Assembly: GCA_035464655.1 (NCBI GenBank)
Contig: DATHRZ010000009.1
Coordinates: 1,769 to 65,768, forward strand
DNA length: 64,000 nucleotides
Direction of reading: 5' to 3'
Source: Gemmatimonadota bacterium
GTDB lineage: Bacteria; Gemmatimonadota; Gemmatimonadetes; Palauibacterales; Palauibacteraceae
Below are positions 54,345 to 62,459 of the stretch, piece after piece. The notes beneath the pieces are model-generated. The model worked only from the letters and a program-made list of their open reading frames with translations, did no database searches and was not told the DNA's origin. Made by a program: the position numbers and the translations under genes. Within the stretch, counting starts at the first letter, position 1. Each line of letters begins with the position of its first letter.

Positions 54345-54823
54345 CAGCTTTCCTTGCTGACGATGATCTTGTCACCTTGCTCGACGACGGAGTACCTGGT
54401 CAGCGGTCTCGGGGGCGGCCCCTCGATGTTCGTCCCATTCAGATCGTAATGACCGTTGTGACACGCACACCAGATATGGCTGAGGTCATCGCGATATTGG
54501 ACGATGCAGTCCAGGTGGGTGCACATGCCGTCGAACGCCTTGAGCTCGCCCTTGGGAGTACGAACAATCATCCCGGGCCGGGAACCGAATCGGAAGATCT
54601 GGCCGCTGTTCGGGGGGATGTCGCGTGGACTGATGGGAAGCGTGACCTGCGATTCCGCGGACTCTTCCACCTCGGGCGGTACGAGGAAACGGATGATCGG
54701 GTACAGGACGGCGACACACAGGGCCCCGGCCCCCGTGCCAAGCATCCAGTTCAGAAACCGCCGGCGAATGAGGCCGGGCATGGCCGATCCGCTTTCGGGG
54801 GGACTTCCGTCGTGTTCGCTCAT
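54344..54823 (-). CDS. Rieske [2Fe-2S] protein
   Basis: RRRFL Tat anchor, CTHLDC and CACHNGHY boxes, and GPPPRPL. Confidence 0.95.
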   Translation of the reverse strand: MSEHDGSPPESGSAMPGLIRRRFLNWMLGTGAGALCVAVLYPIIRFLVPPEVEESAESQVTLPISPRDIPPNSGQIFRFGSRPGMIVRTPKGELKAFDGMCTHLDCIVQYRDDLSHIWCACHNGHYDLNGTNIEGPPPRPLTRYSVVEQGDKIIVSKES

Positions 54824-56082
54824 GCCGATCCCAGTTGTCGAATCTTGGTCAAGAGCCCGAAGATGAGGACCAGAATCACGACGGTGGACGCCATCAGCCC
54901 GGTCCGGCGAGTCCGCAGCTCCTCGAACGCCGCCTCCCCGGCCCCGTATCCCGTCGCAGCGGCCTCCAAACCCACGGCAATGTGCGCCCGCACAGAGTCG
55001 ATCTTCGCCGTGTGCATGACGGCGCGCGCGCTCACGATCGCGGTCTGCACCCGCGTGAGCTCGAACAGCGCCTCGTCGACAGGCATCCCGGTGTGCTCCG
55101 CCTCGCGGAGGAGGGAGTCGGCTTGCGTGTGCACGGTATTGAGCGAGTTTACCATCGTCAGCATCTCCCGGGCGGCCTGTCCACCTTCGTCCGCGGCACT
55201 GTGACATCCCGAACCCGTACACGTGCTCCGTTCGTCCAGCCCGAGCAACTCGTCGTCGGCGGTCTCGATCGCATGGTTGCCGTGGCACGTTGCGCAGCCC
55301 GGGCGATCCAGCCCGTTGAACACGCTGTCGTGAGCGCTCATGGCGTAGTACTCGCCGATCTGGAAGTGGCACTCCGCACAGACTCTACCCACGGCGGAAT
55401 GCCCGGGCGGAACGGCGCCGTGGTTTCCGTGACAATCGTTGCAGACCGGCGAAGACAGATCACCCCGCTCGTCAAGCATGGCCCAGTGGATGCTCGAGCG
55501 GTATTCCTCGAGCTGGTTGGTGGGAATATCATACCCCGCCATGCGCTCCTCGTCGGCGTGACAGGCTCCGCACGTGTCGGGGACGTTGGCCGGGTGGACG
55601 GGCGACCCCGTCACACTGGCGGACTGGATACCGTGGGTCGAGTGGCAGTCGATGCACGTGGCCACATTGCGATCCCCTTGGACCAGCCGCTCGCCATGAC
55701 GCGACGTATAGTACGCCTCGACCTGGTCGATGCGGATGTCGGGATCGTAGGCGCGCATGAACTCCTGGTTCGAGTGGCAGCGACCGCACATTCCCGGCAC
55801 ACGTTGGCGAGCCGGGGCGGCTACCATGCCGGCATGAGCCGTCGACTCTGCATCCGACCGCGCGTCCCCACCGTGACAGCCCGTACACGTGAGCCCGGCC
55901 GCGAAGTGGACGTCGGATGCCCATCGCGCGGCGGGCTGGACGAGGTCGATCTCCTCGAGGGACAGGTGGCAGATCATGCACTGGTCCGTGACGCGCTGCT
56001 GCGACCGCGCCTCGCCCGGCCCGAGCGGGATGCTCGCGAGCGACGCGCAGATGATCCAGGTCGAAAGGCGGGCGACCCTCAT
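54820..56082 (-). CDS. Nonaheme cytochrome c (8 CXXCH + 1 CX4CH) with helical C-domain and C-terminal TM anchor
   Basis: Signal peptide; motifs counted; C-terminal LMASTVVILVLIFGLL; ATGA overlaps on both sides. Confidence 0.9.
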   Translation of the reverse strand: MRVARLSTWIICASLASIPLGPGEARSQQRVTDQCMICHLSLEEIDLVQPAARWASDVHFAAGLTCTGCHGGDARSDAESTAHAGMVAAPARQRVPGMCGRCHSNQEFMRAYDPDIRIDQVEAYYTSRHGERLVQGDRNVATCIDCHSTHGIQSASVTGSPVHPANVPDTCGACHADEERMAGYDIPTNQLEEYRSSIHWAMLDERGDLSSPVCNDCHGNHGAVPPGHSAVGRVCAECHFQIGEYYAMSAHDSVFNGLDRPGCATCHGNHAIETADDELLGLDERSTCTGSGCHSAADEGGQAAREMLTMVNSLNTVHTQADSLLREAEHTGMPVDEALFELTRVQTAIVSARAVMHTAKIDSVRAHIAVGLEAAATGYGAGEAAFEELRTRRTGLMASTVVILVLIFGLLTKIRQLGSA

Positions 56083-57959
56083 CCACTCGACCCCGTGGTC
56101 GGGACCAGGTGGCAGTTCATGCACGGCTGTCCAGGCTCATGTTCGATCATATCCTGATGGCACGTGGCGCAAAACTCCCGGGTCCGATCCATGCGAGAAT
56201 ACCGTGGCTCCGAGTGACAGCCGGAACCCGTGCATCCCCGGGTGTGAACGTCAGCCGTGTGAACGGGAGTCCGGTACTCGGCATGACAGGACGCGCAGGA
56301 CGCGGTCGCCTCGGGACGGTGGTGGTCCTCGTGGCAGGCCGCGCAGGAGGTCTGCACACTCTGCCGGATGCCACCCCCGTGGCAGTCGACGCAGCGCAGT
56401 TCGGTATGGGCATCATGATCGAACGGCAGGGCCCGCGGGCGGCGACCCTCCCCGACGCTCAACTCGAGCATCGTCGTGACCTGTCGCACCCGACCCAGTT
56501 CCACCTCGCCGTGGCAGCTTCCGCAGCCCTGCACTTGGGCGGTGTTCGTCGAATGGTGACAGGAGAAGCAGTCGCTCTGCGTTCTCACCGTGACCTCGCC
56601 GTGCTGACTGCGGTTCGAGTGGCACTCGGTGCACGCGACGGACGTGTGTTCCGCATGGCCGAAAGACACCTGCTGCGGCATCTCGAACGCGGCGGGTGCT
56701 GCGGTCGCATCCGCATGCAGGTACTGGAGCGCCGTCTGTGGAGCCCCTTCCGATGCGGCCAGCGTCACGACCGGATGCGGTGCCGGAGACGCACTTGTGG
56801 TCGCGGCGGCAACGGTCCGAGAAGCAGCGGCCGTCGCACCGGGAATGTCCGTGTGACAGGAGCCGCAGTCGTCACCGTCTCGTTCCCAGACGTGGGGCAG
56901 ATGGCACGACGTGCAGTCCTCGGTCACGTCCTGCGGAAGGCCGACGTGGAACGTGGTCAGTGTATCCGGGCGGGAGTGGCAGCCAGCGCCCGTGCACGAT
57001 TTGAGGGCCAGCTCGGGATTCTCCTGCTCATGCGGATTGTGACAGGCACCGCAACGGGCATCGTGCGGATCGGCGGCCGGGTCGTAGTCGGCCCACAGCG
57101 TCTCCATCTCGTGACACGAAGTGCACTGTCGAAGCCCCGGCGTGAGCGGTCCCGCCACCGAATCGATACTGGCGAGCATCGCCCGCTCAGCCGTGAACTC
57201 GTGGCAGGTGACGCAGTGCAGCCCCGTCTCCTCCGTCATGGCCCCGAGCACGATTTCCGTCGCGTCGGCCTCGTGGCACCCGACCTGACCGCACGTCTGA
57301 TCCGCGGGACGGAACTGGTGCACTTCCTGCCCGTGGCAGGTGACGCACTGGACGTCCGCCAGGGCGCTGGAGTCGGACTCGAGGTGCGCCACGTGTCCGG
57401 CGGTCGCGGCGATCTGACGCCAGTTGTCGGCCGGATCCGAAGCTATATGGCACTCCGCGCACACTTGCGTAGGAACGGGGGAATGCTCGCCGATCTCCTC
57501 GGGGCGGTCCTTGATCCACAGGTGGAGTTGGCGCGTGCTCGCAAATATCGACTGCTGGTGACAGTCGTGACAGCTCAGCTCCGAGTGGCCGCTTTCCGTA
57601 AAGCGCTGGTAGGCGGGCCCCATCACGTGGCAACCCGTGCAAAAGTCGTTGTCGTGCTGCATGTAGTCCCAGCTGACCACGCTGCCCGATACGACGAACA
57701 CAAGCACGATCGCGGCGCCTGCGGTCAGTCCGATCTGGAGCGGGCGTGTGCGTGAGCTCCACCAGGCGAGGAGCGCGTCGCGCTTCCGCACGGCAAGGAC
57801 GACAAGGGTGAGCCCAACGAGCGCCGCGAGGATGCCCCCGGCCATCTGCACACCCTGCGGCACGCTGAAGAACGCTCGCAGGAAGACCGCGAAGCCGCCG
57901 GGAAGGTCGGCTTCCGGGAGCTGCTGGGGCACGTCCTGCATCATGCCGTAACTCACCAT
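56079..57959 (-). CDS. 20-heme membrane cytochrome c with NapC/NirT-like N-terminal region (17 CXXCH + 3 CX4CH)
   Basis: Two N-terminal TM helices, then NDFCTGCHVM and SCHDCH (NapC-like spacing); Ala/Thr-rich linker before a C-terminal 9-heme module. Confidence 0.9.
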   Translation of the reverse strand: MVSYGMMQDVPQQLPEADLPGGFAVFLRAFFSVPQGVQMAGGILAALVGLTLVVLAVRKRDALLAWWSSRTRPLQIGLTAGAAIVLVFVVSGSVVSWDYMQHDNDFCTGCHVMGPAYQRFTESGHSELSCHDCHQQSIFASTRQLHLWIKDRPEEIGEHSPVPTQVCAECHIASDPADNWRQIAATAGHVAHLESDSSALADVQCVTCHGQEVHQFRPADQTCGQVGCHEADATEIVLGAMTEETGLHCVTCHEFTAERAMLASIDSVAGPLTPGLRQCTSCHEMETLWADYDPAADPHDARCGACHNPHEQENPELALKSCTGAGCHSRPDTLTTFHVGLPQDVTEDCTSCHLPHVWERDGDDCGSCHTDIPGATAAASRTVAAATTSASPAPHPVVTLAASEGAPQTALQYLHADATAAPAAFEMPQQVSFGHAEHTSVACTECHSNRSQHGEVTVRTQSDCFSCHHSTNTAQVQGCGSCHGEVELGRVRQVTTMLELSVGEGRRPRALPFDHDAHTELRCVDCHGGGIRQSVQTSCAACHEDHHRPEATASCASCHAEYRTPVHTADVHTRGCTGSGCHSEPRYSRMDRTREFCATCHQDMIEHEPGQPCMNCHLVPTTGSSG

Positions 57960-58033
57960 GGCGCCAGGACTCCCAACGTGCGAGTCGTAATTTTACGTGC
58001 GGGTGGTTCGCAACGGGTACAGGAGTATGGGGC

Positions 58034-58073
58034 GGACGGGGCCGTCCGGGAAAGTAGACTGACGGCCCCGTCC
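58034..58073. repeat. Perfect 13-bp inverted repeat GGACGGGGCCGTC-N14-GACGGCCCCGTCC between genes 1 and 2 of the cytochrome operon
   Basis: Read directly; no U-tract on the minus (coding) strand. Confidence 0.8.
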
Positions 58074-58092
58074 ATCGCTGGCGATACCCGAC

Positions 58093-59523
58093 CTAGCGCG
58101 CGATCTCGTTCAGCCGCCGCTCGATATCCGCCGGGAGAGTCCAGGAAGCGACACCGTACTCGTCCTGTACGGCCTGGATGCTTCCGAGCAACAGGGCCTC
58201 CGTGAGGAACGGGTTGTGGATCGCGGAACTCGTGATCTCGCCGAGACGCTGGTTGAACAGCGCACCCTCCGCGACGCTCAGAACGCCGTCCTCCGCGTCG
58301 AACTCCGTCTCGGGAACCTGCGCGAGCTGGGCGGCCAGCTCCGCCACCCGGTCCGCTATGCGCTCGGTCGCCGCGAGATACGCCGTGCGTGCCGAAGTCT
58401 CGTCACCGTGGCACTGGACGCAAGACTCGAACGACCGCTCGGTGACATCGCAGGTGCCGCCCGAGACCGGGACCCCCTGGGCGTCCAGGCACGGGATCGG
58501 CTCGAACAGATGACCCTTCGAGCTGAACACGAAGTCGCCGGTGAGCGGATCCGTGATCTCGCGCGCGAACACGTGACAGGTCGCGCACAGTTTCTCGTTC
58601 TGTGCGGAACCGTGTGTGCCACGGACGATATTCGTGTTGAAGTTCGGCGGGATCCAGCCGACGTCCTCCCCCAGCAGGAGCGGGCCCTGCGGCGAATGCG
58701 GTCCTCTCGAGTTGTCGATCTCCGGAACCGCGCGCTTGTGATGACACTTCATGCAGAGGTTCTCGCCGACGCTTGGCACGTCGATCGGGAAGCGGAGCTG
58801 GTGCTCCTGCGTAGCGTTGTGCGGATCGTGGCAGACCGCGCAGACGATCGGCAGATTCTCGGCCGAGCCCTTCTCGACGTAGTCGGCGTCGACGCCGAAA
58901 ACCTCGAGCACCCGCTTCGCCTCGTGGCATTCCTGGCACGCCTCACGTTCCCGGACCCCTTCGTTGCCTTCGAAGCCGTGCCGCGAATTCGCCCATTCGT
59001 CGACGAATCCGTGGTGCGAACCCTGGTGGCATTCCCCGCAACCGCTCGTCAGGTCCAGGCCGACCGCGATCGAGGCCAGGGGTTGCGACGCTTCGGGGTT
59101 CGACACATGACCGGCGCCTGGACCGTGGCAGCTCTCGCACTGAACGTCGTAGTAGCGCGTGTCCGCCGTGGCGACCCAGCCCGCCTCCCCCTCGGCCTCG
59201 TTTCCGTTTTCGCTGACCGTGTGACATCCCTCGCAGAAGGTCTGAGCGTGCGTGCTCGCCTGGAGCGTGTTCCACGCATCGGCGTGCGCGGTGAGCTCCC
59301 ACTCGCTCTGGGAGCCAATGTGACAGTTGCCACACACGGTGAAGTTCTCCGCCTGCGCGTCCTCCGTACCGTAGCCGAGGAAGCCCGACGCGCTCGCGGG
59401 CGGGTCATCGAACAGTGGGCGATCGACGAATATGGTCTCCGTGTCGGTGCATGCGGCGATCGCCATCAGCAGGACGGCACAGAGCGCTATTACAGCGGGG
59501 GTAACCGATCCAAATCTAATCAT
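58093..59523 (-). CDS. Nonaheme cytochrome c lipoprotein (c554/NrfA/OcwA-superfamily-like architecture)
   Basis: Lipobox AIAAC; 9 CXXCH; HADAW..L and CESCHGPG..H (c554-like); C-terminal helices with IHNP. Confidence 0.88.
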   Translation of the reverse strand: MIRFGSVTPAVIALCAVLLMAIAACTDTETIFVDRPLFDDPPASASGFLGYGTEDAQAENFTVCGNCHIGSQSEWELTAHADAWNTLQASTHAQTFCEGCHTVSENGNEAEGEAGWVATADTRYYDVQCESCHGPGAGHVSNPEASQPLASIAVGLDLTSGCGECHQGSHHGFVDEWANSRHGFEGNEGVREREACQECHEAKRVLEVFGVDADYVEKGSAENLPIVCAVCHDPHNATQEHQLRFPIDVPSVGENLCMKCHHKRAVPEIDNSRGPHSPQGPLLLGEDVGWIPPNFNTNIVRGTHGSAQNEKLCATCHVFAREITDPLTGDFVFSSKGHLFEPIPCLDAQGVPVSGGTCDVTERSFESCVQCHGDETSARTAYLAATERIADRVAELAAQLAQVPETEFDAEDGVLSVAEGALFNQRLGEITSSAIHNPFLTEALLLGSIQAVQDEYGVASWTLPADIERRLNEIAR

Positions 59524-59641
59524 GGGACTAAAGCCTTTCGCCGGCGCATGCCGGACCACGCCACGTCGACAGCCAGATCGGAGGGGGGGGCTGGCCATGG
59601 TGCGGGGCTAGTGGACCGTTCCAAGTTGCTACCTCTAATAA

Positions 59642-59670
59642 ATTGTACCGGGACGTAAGCGAGGTGTCAA
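59642..59670 (-). promoter_or_regulatory. Near-consensus sigma70 promoter TTGACA-17-TACAAT driving the multiheme operon
   Basis: Minus strand: TTGACA 59670-59665, 17-nt spacer, TACAAT 59647-59642; AT-rich downstream. Confidence 0.8.
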
Positions 59671-59688
59671 TCCGCCCGTCGGCTCCCG

Positions 59689-60330
59689 TCAAACACCGCG
59701 CATCGCGGGGTCCCAGACGAACTTGTGAAGCTGAAGCTGAAGGCGAACCGGGAGTCCGTCGGACAGGATCCACGCAGCCAGCGCGCGGCGCTCCATCCCC
59801 TCGAACTCGGGCGAGAAGTGAACCGTGAATCGCCCGAGGTCCCTCTCCTTTACCTGGCGTCTTGCCCACTCGTAGTCCTCGCGGTCGGCGATGACGAACT
59901 TCAGCTCATCGCGCGTCGGATCGAGGCGATCGAGATTCGCCCAGTCGTTCGCCTCGACCTCGCCGCTGCCGGGACACTTGAAGTCGACGATCTTCACGAC
60001 GGCAGGGGGGACACGGTCGACCGGTACGCTGCCGCTGGTCTCGCACAGCACCGTGTAGCCGGCGGCGAGCAGGGTGTCGGCGAGGGCGCCGACGTCCTTC
60101 TGCAGGAGCGGTTCACCGCCCGTGAGCTCGACCAGCCGACAGCCGGGACCGAGGCAACGGATCTCCGCCACGATCTCGTCGACGGTCATGTCGCGACCGC
60201 CGTGAAAGGAGTAGGCGGTATCGCACCAGGCGCAGCGCAGGTTGCAGCCGGTCGTGCGGACGAATACGCAGGGCCGCCCGGCGTAGCTCGACTCACCCTG
60301 GATAGAATGGAAGATCTCCGTGATCCGCAC
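59689..60330 (-). CDS. queE: 7-carboxy-7-deazaguanine synthase (radical SAM)
   Basis: EIFHSIQGE, G.PCVFVR.TGCNLRCAWCDT.Y, LTGGEPLLQ, ETSG and LQLQLHK..W. Confidence 0.9.
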   Translation of the reverse strand: MRITEIFHSIQGESSYAGRPCVFVRTTGCNLRCAWCDTAYSFHGGRDMTVDEIVAEIRCLGPGCRLVELTGGEPLLQKDVGALADTLLAAGYTVLCETSGSVPVDRVPPAVVKIVDFKCPGSGEVEANDWANLDRLDPTRDELKFVIADREDYEWARRQVKERDLGRFTVHFSPEFEGMERRALAAWILSDGLPVRLQLQLHKFVWDPAMRGV

Positions 60331-60336
60331 CGTCGG

Positions 60337-61329
60337 TCACACCACGAGCAGCGTACGCACGGCGCCCAGGCCGTACATGATCTGGCGCCAGCGGTCGTCG
60401 ACCAGGTTTCCGTGCAACAGGTGCCCCTGCGCGGTGCCGGCGATCACGGCCGAAGCGTCGCGCGGATTCGCGGCGAGGGCGGCCACGGGACTGGCGTCTC
60501 GCGTTCCATGCTCTTCCGACACCTCCCAGGTACGCCCGGAATCGAAACTCATCCACAGGCGGGCGTCGGCCTTCGCGGCCCGCTTCCCCCAGGTCGCGGG
60601 TGGGCCGTCGGCCGTGCCAAGCAGGAAGAGCGACTCCGTCGGGTGTGCGGGCGTCGACGCCGCGGTTAGAAAGCGGAGACAGTAGCGACCACCGAGTTCG
60701 CCGGCCGCAGGGCGCCAGTCGGCGCCTCGGTCGTGGCTGATGTAGAGCCCGCCCCCGGTCGCCGCGAAGACGCGGCTCCCGTCGCGCGGATCGACGGCGA
60801 TGTCATGAATGTCGTCGAACAGGCCCTCGTTGATCCCGATCCAGGTCGCACCGGCGTCGTCGCTGCGATAGGCACCCCCGATTTCGACACCGACGTACAC
60901 CCGGCTCGCGTCGTGCCGGTCGAAAGCGATCGCCTCGACGTGCGCGGCGCGTCCCCCGTACTCCGACCAGTCTTCCGTATCGGCCAGCGCCCCGAACCGG
61001 TCGAGCTCGGTCCACGTGGCGCCACCGTCGCGGGAAACGTGCAGTGCTGCCGGCTCCGTGCCCGCCAGCACGGAGCCCGACGGGGCGGCCGCGAGCGTCG
61101 TGAGCTTCGCGCCGTCGAGCCGCTCGGCCAGGGGCTCCCACGTGGCGCCCCCGTCGGCGCTGCGAAACAGGCCGCGCTCCGGGACGGCTGCGAGCACGGT
61201 GTCGCCCGAGCGAGCGAACGAACTCACCGCCTCGCCCTCGAACCCGCGACTCACGACCGTTCCCGACTTTTCTCCCTCGAGCCAGCGGATCAGGCAGAGC
61301 CCGTCGTCGCTCCCGACCAGTATACGCAT
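60337..61329 (-). CDS. BNR/Asp-box repeat beta-propeller protein
   Basis: Repeated S-x-D-x-G-x-T-W boxes (RSADGGATW, SRDGGATW, RSDDAGATW, SHDRGADW, SFDSGRTW). Confidence 0.85.
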   Translation of the reverse strand: MRILVGSDDGLCLIRWLEGEKSGTVVSRGFEGEAVSSFARSGDTVLAAVPERGLFRSADGGATWEPLAERLDGAKLTTLAAAPSGSVLAGTEPAALHVSRDGGATWTELDRFGALADTEDWSEYGGRAAHVEAIAFDRHDASRVYVGVEIGGAYRSDDAGATWIGINEGLFDDIHDIAVDPRDGSRVFAATGGGLYISHDRGADWRPAAGELGGRYCLRFLTAASTPAHPTESLFLLGTADGPPATWGKRAAKADARLWMSFDSGRTWEVSEEHGTRDASPVAALAANPRDASAVIAGTAQGHLLHGNLVDDRWRQIMYGLGAVRTLLVV

Positions 61330-61449
61330 ATCGTTGATTTCCGTAATCGTGTATCGTTCATGAACGGCAGAACCGACAACTCGCTTCGAGCCGCGAAAAC
61401 TCGCGGGATTCGCGCGGCATGGCAAGCCGGTCGCACGCGCTGAATTCGC

Positions 61450-61477
61450 TTGACTCTCCACCACCTGCGGGTAGTTT
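61450..61477 (+). promoter_or_regulatory. Possible promoter TTGACT-16-TAGTTT for the Gld-like ABC operon
   Basis: Hexamers in the divergent intergenic gap. Confidence 0.4.
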
Positions 61478-61511
61478 GCCCGCTCCTCCGGAACTTTCAT
61501 GACGAGGCCTC

Positions 61512-62459
61512 ATGCCGCTGGTACGACTACAGGATGTCGGGAAGAGTTTCGGCGAGGTGCGCGCCGTCGACAGCGTGTCGTTCTCGATCGGCCGCGGCGA
61601 GGTCGTCGGCTTCCTCGGCCCCAACGGCGCCGGCAAGACGACCACGATGCGGCTGATCACCCAGGGCCTCGAGGCCGATGAGGGAAGCATCGAGATCGAC
61701 GGCCGTTCCATAGCCGACGACCCCCTCGAGGCCCGGCGGCGCATCGGCTACCTGCCGGAGGCGAACCCGCTGTACTCCGAGATGCTGGTTCGCGAGTTTC
61801 TCGAATACGTGGGTCGGCTGCGAGGACTCCGTGGCGCCGACCTCGGCGCGCGGATCGGCCGGGCCGTCGAGCAGACCGGCATCGGCGACATGTACAACCG
61901 GCCGATCGACCACCTGTCCAAGGGCTACCGGCAGCGCACCGGGCTCGCGCAAGCGATCCTGGCCGAACCCGACTTGCTGATCCTCGACGAGCCGACCGAG
62001 GGTCTCGACCCGAATCAACGCGCCGAGATCCGCAACCTGATCACACACCTCGGCAGCGAGCGGACCGTGCTCCTGAGCACGCACGTCATGCAGGAGGTGC
62101 GCGCGACCTGCGACCGGCTGCTGATCATCCACCGCGGACGGATCATCGCGGACGGCACCGTGGACGGGCTCCTGGCCGGCGGGGCCGGAAGTGGCGTCCG
62201 GGTGCGCGTCGAGCTCGAGGCCGACCGTGACGCCGCGCGAAAGGCCTTGCTGGGGCTCGCGTCGGTGACCGAAGTGCGTGACGCGGGCGGCGCGGACGAT
62301 CCGCGACCGCGCTTCCTGCTGATCGGAAAGGCCGGCGAGGATCCGCGACCCGCCGTTTCGGACCTGGCCCGCAACCGCGACTGGACGCTGTGGGAGCTGA
62401 CGCGCGAGAGCGAGGATCTCGAGGAGCTGTTCGCCGAGCTCACCGGGGAGGGACGATGA
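61512..62459 (+). CDS. ABC transporter ATP-binding protein, GldA-like
   Basis: GFLGPNGAGKTTTMR, IGYLPE.NPLY, LSKGYRQR.GLAQA and LDEPT.GLDPNQ. Confidence 0.92.
   Translation: MPLVRLQDVGKSFGEVRAVDSVSFSIGRGEVVGFLGPNGAGKTTTMRLITQGLEADEGSIEIDGRSIADDPLEARRRIGYLPEANPLYSEMLVREFLEYVGRLRGLRGADLGARIGRAVEQTGIGDMYNRPIDHLSKGYRQRTGLAQAILAEPDLLILDEPTEGLDPNQRAEIRNLITHLGSERTVLLSTHVMQEVRATCDRLLIIHRGRIIADGTVDGLLAGGAGSGVRVRVELEADRDAARKALLGLASVTEVRDAGGADDPRPRFLLIGKAGEDPRPAVSDLARNRDWTLWELTRESEDLEELFAELTGEGR

Noticed and set aside
58093-59523. NrfA ammonia-forming nitrite reductase call
   Set aside because: No CXXCK active-site motif, nine hemes rather than five, and no nrfH or nrfBCD context.
59524-59598. ORF-track N-terminal extensions (also for leuS, apgM, ccmC, ccmG, ccmH, Rieske, USP, MATE, waaA and the GT2)
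   Set aside because: Internal starts with SD or stop-start overlaps and family-typical N-termini fit better.
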